Part shown: positions 57,431-64,000 of the stretch, one piece after another | How positions within the stretch are numbered: the stretch's first letter is position 1 | Layout of the letters: each line of letters starts with the position of its first letter | Assembly: GCA_951406725.2 (NCBI GenBank) | Contig: OX597824.1 | Location: 56,978,001-57,042,000, forward strand | Direction: 5' to 3' | Length of the DNA: 64,000 nt | From: Octopus vulgaris | Lineage: Eukaryota | Notes under the pieces: generated by a model | Database searches by the model: none | Seen by the model: only the letters and a program-made list of their open reading frames with translations | Told to the model about the DNA's origin: nothing | Translations under genes and position numbers: made by a program

Positions 57431-57581
57431 TAATCTATCTAACTATCTCTCTCTCCCTCTATCTATCTATTTGCACATATATGCACATAGGGTTATGAAT
57501 ATTGATATATATTACAGATCAGTACATTATATATATATATGGTTGTTAAGCATCATTACGCTTCGTGCAAAGTTATAATTA

Positions 57582-59475
57582 TCTAAGAAGTTGGCTTTAG
57601 TTAATTCATCGTCAAAAACTATGCGCAAGCCCATTCTACTAAAAAACCTAACGATGAATTAAGTAAAGCCAACTTCTTAGACATTACCCTAAATTTGCAG
57701 AATAACTCATACTTCCCTTATCATAAACCTTCCACAAATCTTAAGTATATTAGCATTTTCAGTAATCATGCCAGGCCAATTACCGATAATTTAGTTAAAA
57801 ACATATCTCTGAGACTGTCCAAATTATCTGCTAATGTCGACATCTTTAACCAAAAGGCAGACTTCTATAACGCCGCCTTGTTAAGAGCCGGTTATAAGGA
57901 GAAAGTGTCATACATCGACTCAGCTCATTCTAAACCAACATCTGCTTCTCCAGATTGTAAAGGTACTCGTAATAGGAATAATGATTTCAATTCTAATAGT
58001 GCTAGCACCCCTGTACATAAAATAAATTCTTTACGGACTAGGCGGAGGTAAGCGCCATGCAACCCCAAATTTCCAACCCAGAAAGTTTCCCCTTACTATC
58101 ACAAATAACACTAAGAACAATTCAAAGGCCACAAAAAACTGTATCTGGTTCGTAATACCTTTCGGAAAACAAATTAAATCGAACCTTCCCTTACAGTTCC
58201 GTGAAGCCGTTGCTAAGAACTTTCCCAGAAATTCTAGATTACATTCTATTATCAATTCCCACAAGGTCAGAATCGCTTTCTCTAACACTAGGAATCTTTC
58301 ACAAATTATATCTTCCCACAATACCTAGCTGCTAAACAAAGATTCTTCACCCGGGAGTTCCAACACTAATCTTGCTAATTCCAACCCATCATACAATCAT
58401 AATAATAGGAATAGTATTAATAGTAACTGCATCGGTAGCAGCGAAAGTGTTAACAATGATAATATTAATAATAGTATTAGTCGTGTTAATAACAATGGTA
58501 GTGTTGATGGTAACAGCAATAACGGTATTATTGTCAGTGGTATTACCGGTTGTAGTACCATTAATAATACTAATAATAATAGAAATAATGTAGTTGTTAG
58601 CGCTAATAATAATAGTAACAACAATCATAACAATAAAAACTTCGTTTCGATCTCGGAGGACAACCCCAACAGAATTAAATTTTTGTCTAGTAATTCTAAG
58701 ATTAAGAATTCTATTTACCAGTGTAGAATTTCTTCCGGTACCGATGTCTTCTTCTATATAGGAGCGTCCACTTCCCAGTTATCCAAGAGAATTTCAAACC
58801 ACTATTCAACATTCAGGTATAGTAAAAAACGACATAGTACAGGGCTAAGTAAATTAATTTGGCGTCTTAAAGACAACAATATAATTTTCAAGTTCATACT
58901 GTCTGTATCCTTTCCTTTTGATAAGGGCTGGAGATTTTGTAACATTTGTAATTCTGAACTCTTCCATATTCTTTTCTCTAAGGTTCCCCTAGTAAACACA
59001 CTCATAGAAAAATCATACAAATGTAAACACTGGCAGAAACACACTTTCTACTCATATAAATGATAACGATAGTCACTGTGGTTTGAACAATTAGCTTTAC
59101 GTCCACCCCACTACTACAGAGAAATTCTTTCCTAAGCCTTCGAACATTCCTTCAATAAACGTACCCTTCCCTCTCCACTTGTTCCCTACCTATTATTCCT
59201 TTCTCTCTTCTCTTCCTACTATCTAACTTTGATGTCAATTCTTCTAACGGTTTTTTAAAAAAAAGCACTCATTATCGCTTTGTTTACCATGTAGGCAATC
59301 ATCGATTTTTTTTTGTTTGTCTTGTTGTCGAGAGAGGCTCCCTTTCTTTCCTGATGAGAAGATTGCATAATGCACCCTTTATTCCTTTGGAATGAAAAAC
59401 ATGCTGTCTTCGAAACATATGTCGAGAGTAAAGGAATTTTGTTAACATCTTCATTCGACTCCATTCTTTCATTTA
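57582..59475 (+). mobile_element. 5'-truncated Penelope-like retroelement: RT thumb, Asn-rich linker, GIY-YIG, HHR terminus
   Basis: NFLDITLNL...PYHKP...SNH (57662-57920), IWFVIPF...IISSHN (58143-58322), SIYQC...FYIG...RISNH...LSKLIW...CNIC (58683-59063); disrupted by a stop and frameshifts; ends in (TA)n. Confidence 0.92.
59346..59428 (+). ncRNA. Type I hammerhead ribozyme with canonical core in the PLE 3' terminus
   Basis: CUUUC-CUGAUGA-GAAGAUUGCAU...AUGCUGUCUUC-GAAA-CAUAUG-UC-GAGAG; GUC triplet, predicted cut after 59423; palindromic stem III. Confidence 0.88.
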
Positions 59476-59608
59476 TATATATATATATATAAAATTGTTG
59501 GCATCCTTTTTGTCTCGGGAGACAATGGAGTTGCGCATAAAATAGTCTAGTCCGGCTTTTACATTTCATGTCCTGATACATTTCCTGGTGTGGCTGTGTA
59601 TATGTATA

Positions 59609-59685
<77 letters not shown>

Positions 59686-59725
59686 GCATGTATACATATC
59701 TATATGTTAATATTTACATCTATAC

Positions 59726-59769
<44 letters not shown>

Positions 59770-59963
59770 GCATATTTGGGCACATGACGTCACGAAACGT
59801 GTACATGGAATATGAATTATTTTTCGAATAACATAAAGAACGGCCCTTATACACACACACATTTCCGCTTAAATGTGGATGTTCTGTTAGAACAAGTTTT
59901 ACTGCAGTAGATACCATGTGAGTAACTCTTATAGACTTTTGGTGCAAAATGCACGCTTGTTTT

Positions 59964-60052
<89 letters not shown>

Positions 60053-60295
60053 TAGGTCATGTTTTGGTACGCTTTATCTCACATTTGTAGGTAGTTGTTG
60101 GTGAATTAAATGTATCCTGGTGTCTCTGCTTTGTTTGCTAATTCTTGCAGGAATTTTTTCGGGTACCGTTTAAATGTTATAGGTTCTTTTAGTTCATGCT
60201 CTAGACTACCTTCCTACAGGGGAAGCAGTACCATGTTTACTGTAAATATAATCTAATTGGTTCTACATACCACACTGCTGCGTATGCCAATGGCA

Positions 60296-60463
60296 TTCTT
60301 CTTCTTCTTCTTCTTCTTCTTCTTCTTCTTCTTCTTCTTCTTCTTCTTCTTCTTCTTCTTCTTCTTCTTCTTCTTCTTCTTCTTCTTCTTCTTCTTCCTC
60401 TTCTCCTCTTTCTCCTCCTCCTCCTCCTCCTTCTTCTCCTTCTTCTTCTTCTTCTTCTTCTTC
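60296..60463. repeat. (TTC)n/(TCC)n microsatellite
   Basis: Direct reading of the sequence. Confidence 0.95.
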
Positions 60464-61027
60464 AATTGTCGGCTACGGCTGGCATTGTTCTTGGATGGTG
60501 TTGTTTGAGATTCGGTCGTGTAAAGAGACACCAGAGATCCGACGAAGACACCGCATTTGGAACACCTCGAGCTTGTGTAGGTCTCGCTTGAAGACGGTCT
60601 AGCTCTCAGCCTTAGTAGAGGAGGACAGACAGAGCCAGCATGCAGAAAAGACGGATCTACAAAAACAAAAGAAAGGTGACAGTACGCATTTCTATCGGAT
60701 TCCAACATCTACGTCGAAAAGGTTTAGACTTAACAACATTTACCTGAACTCATAAACAAGAGCTTTCGTACAAGGTCCTTAAAACTACAAGAAGCTATTT
60801 CGTCGACTCAACTCCTGCAAAACCCTCCGCAGCTTTCTCACGGTGTGCGATCATCTGCTTTTTGGAGGTCCACGAAGCAAGTGGACTCATCTTGACAGAC
60901 GAATTGTTGTAGTGAAAACATTACGCCGGGTTTACTGTATCCTGGTTTGGGATCAACATTTCTTTTCCAAACACTCAAAGGTAGACTTTATGGTTATAGG
61001 CTTAACATGAAGTTTCCTTTTAAATTA

Positions 61028-61098
<71 letters not shown>

Positions 61099-61644
61099 CT
61101 CTTTCTAAAAATAGGGATTCACACACAGGAATACTGAGCTAATGAAAGAGTCTGGGTGGATTGCTACTACTACTACAACTACTACAACAACCATAGAAGG
61201 AAACGGTTTTCAACAAATTTAATCCGAGTTTCGCGTTGTCACTTTTCAAAACATTTTCATAACAAAGTGAAGCTTCGAGTAAAACACACGTTACTTCTGC
61301 ATTCTCTTGTCTTAATTCTGACTCATAACCGAAAGGCCTTTATCTGTATGTATATGTCAATATATAAATAAAAACTACCCGTGTCATTTTCTATTATGTC
61401 TTGTCCTTATTCTGTCGTCGTTTAGCATTTGTTTTTTCTTTTCGTCACGGTTCTCGAAGCTCACTTATCCCAGCAACGTTCCACAGTTAACGACACCACA
61501 ATTAACAACCTTATCGATAATGGTCCGAATTTGTGAGGATTGTTGGAGGTCGCTAACCGATGAGAGACGAGCATATCCACGTCTTGTGTGCGTTTTTTAC
61601 GTGCCTTCCTTTGTCGCCTTTCTGTGCAATTTTTTTCCCTCTCA

Positions 61645-61710
<66 letters not shown>

Positions 61711-62176
61711 TATCTATAACTTGACTGACGAAAGAAGGCCCGTCTTTTTTTCCTGTCCCTCCAACTGTTGTTTTTCCTGTCCGCCTTTCTATCGTCTGTT
61801 TGTCCTGATGTTTTATTGTCTTCTATAGCATTTTTGCTCTATTTTTTATATTTATATATACATATAGCGGCATACGTACACACTCGTGTTCACCTTATAA
61901 TAAGTATCAAAATTTTCTACGATTCTTTTACTCTGTCTTTTAATCCCCCTCATACTTTCTTCTTTTCTTATTCTCGCTCCTTCTCTTTCACATTTCTTGG
62001 CCCTCTCTTTCTTTAACTCCCACTTTTCCTCCTCGTTTATCTCCCCTGTACCTTACCCTTTGTTTGATTTTGTTTTTCAATCCTTCAATCTTGCTGCCCC
62101 TAGCCCTCCTTATTCCTTCCGGTGTTAATATTTGTTCAATGGAATTTATACATACACACGCATATATCTGTATTTA

Positions 62177-62315
<139 letters not shown>

Positions 62316-62351
62316 GTGTGTGTGTGTATAGACACACACACGCGCAAACAT

Positions 62352-62562
62352 AATTGCAGCGTGGAAGGTGGAAGGTGTTTATAAGCAATTTAAAAACACG
62401 CAAAAACCGTTAGATTCACATAGATTAATTTGCCAAAATATTTTCGTCGCTTTGAGACTGCGACGTGTTCAACAACACTATTCCGTGCTGTAAATGTTGA
62501 AGTGAATCTAACGGTTTTTGTGTGTTTTTAAATGGCTTATAAACACCTTCAATGCTGCAATT
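62352..62562. repeat. Fold-back module with a partial HHR-like motif in the spacer
   Basis: Arms 62352-62419/62502-62562; minus GUCGC-loop-GCGAC-GAAA-AUAU-UU, but the CUGANGA box is not recognisable. Confidence 0.55.
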
Positions 62563-62621
62563 GTTTTTGTTTCAGCATACTATTCTCAGATCAGGTCACT
62601 TGCTATGCAAGTACGTCTCCG

Positions 62622-62672
<51 letters not shown>

Positions 62673-62710
62673 AGCACATATTATATATATGTATATGTAT
62701 GCATATGTAC

Positions 62711-62783
<73 letters not shown>

Positions 62784-62889
62784 AGTATAAAAGGGATAAG
62801 TTATCCTAGCGGATATGCTGTAGACAACTTTTGAATGAACAGGGTTTTGGATGTCAATAAATCTCCACTCTCCTTTTCGTTATCAACGG

Positions 62890-62945
<56 letters not shown>

Positions 62946-64000
62946 TGTGTGTGTGTGTGAGAGAGAGAGAGAGGTACGTGTGTGTACACGTCTTTATGCT
63001 TGTCTGTGTGTGTGTGTGTGTGTGCGTGTATACGTTTTCTGTGCGTGTGTTTACATGTATATATTTATAAATATATATATATGTATAGACTCGTATAAAT
63101 ATATTTTAAATATTTGAAGACAGAATAAAGAAGAAAGCATTATCCATATTCCTGCTGGTGGTGTTGTTTAGCTCCAGGTTAAGCCTGATGAAGCAGTGCT
63201 GTGGTAAAAGACATTATAGCTCTGACCAAGCTGCAGGAGAGTCTAGGACTACATTATCTAATAGACTTCAGTATTTAACCTTGTAGGGTGTGATGTGAGG
63301 GAGTTATGGCAACTACTTCAAACCGTTTGAGTAACTGTGTAAAGTTTAGCTTGTTGTCTCAGACAGTATTCAATTATAGGAAATGAGAATACCTTTTCGT
63401 AGTCCATTGACTTGCTTGTAGTAGCTACTAGACTCCTCTCAGATCAGAGTCTACCATCTTAAAAGGGACCTCAGGAGCATGAGAAAGGACTGAAGGCTCT
63501 ATTCGTTGGAAATGACTTGAAGTGGTGTTTTGTCAGGAGTGGATGTAAACTAAACTGAAAATAGTAGTGTTCTTTGCAAAGCTATTGCTTCTGGTGTTTC
63601 TTCAATTAGCAAAATTGATGTGTCCATGCAATCTATTTTTCAGGTATTGTATATCATAAAGTATATTATCCAATAGGTCTCTTTTTACCTTCTTGGAGTT
63701 TGTGTATGATTACAAGAAAAGGCTATTTACTATAGTCTGAGGTTGACCCAAGCCCAGAGAGTCTAAATGGAAACAGTGCAGAAAATCTTAGGTGGATTGT
63801 ACCAGTGTTTCAAGAGGTACATTCTTGTTACCCGCCTTCTAATGCTGACTCTATAGAGAAATACGTTAAAGCCACACGTGTCTGCGGAATACTCAGCTAC
63901 TTGCATGTTTGAATGATCAACAATTCAATCTTCTACGTCGAAAATGACAGAGAGCTATGTATGTATGTATGTATGTATGTATGTATGTATGTATGTATGT

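Noticed and set aside
60470-60960. Possible L1/Tx1 C-terminal zinc-finger remnant (similar weak LINE/Tc1 traces at ~16450-16900, 43300-43460, 45740-45850, 54600-54870)
   Set aside because: Only a few residues of motif similarity; not supportable without an alignment search.

Overview
AT-rich eukaryotic (animal) non-coding DNA saturated with microsatellites ((TA)n, (CA)n, (GATA)n, (ATGT)n, (AAT)n, (TTC)n). The SINE types and repeat landscape suggest an octopus/coleoid cephalopod; this is inference from recalled SINE motifs, not verified. No host protein-coding gene can be supported, and most ORFs in the track are translated microsatellites. Real coding remnants all belong to mobile elements: four Tc1/mariner copies (one DD36E-spaced), four Penelope-like retroelement (PLE) RT/GIY-YIG remnants, a young CR1 3' end, RTE fragments, a LINE 3' tail and a probable Helitron, plus many tRNA-derived SINEs. 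The main signal is non-coding. About 17 hammerhead-ribozyme (HHR)-like motifs from many unrelated sequence families occur in 64 kb; three have intact cores and one has a compensated U3-A8 core. Most sit in short PLE-terminus modules embedded in (TA)n and folded back into inverted repeats. Two large palindromes (about 0.54 kb and 1.17 kb) are centred exactly on (TA)n tracts. All folds and alignments were done by eye.
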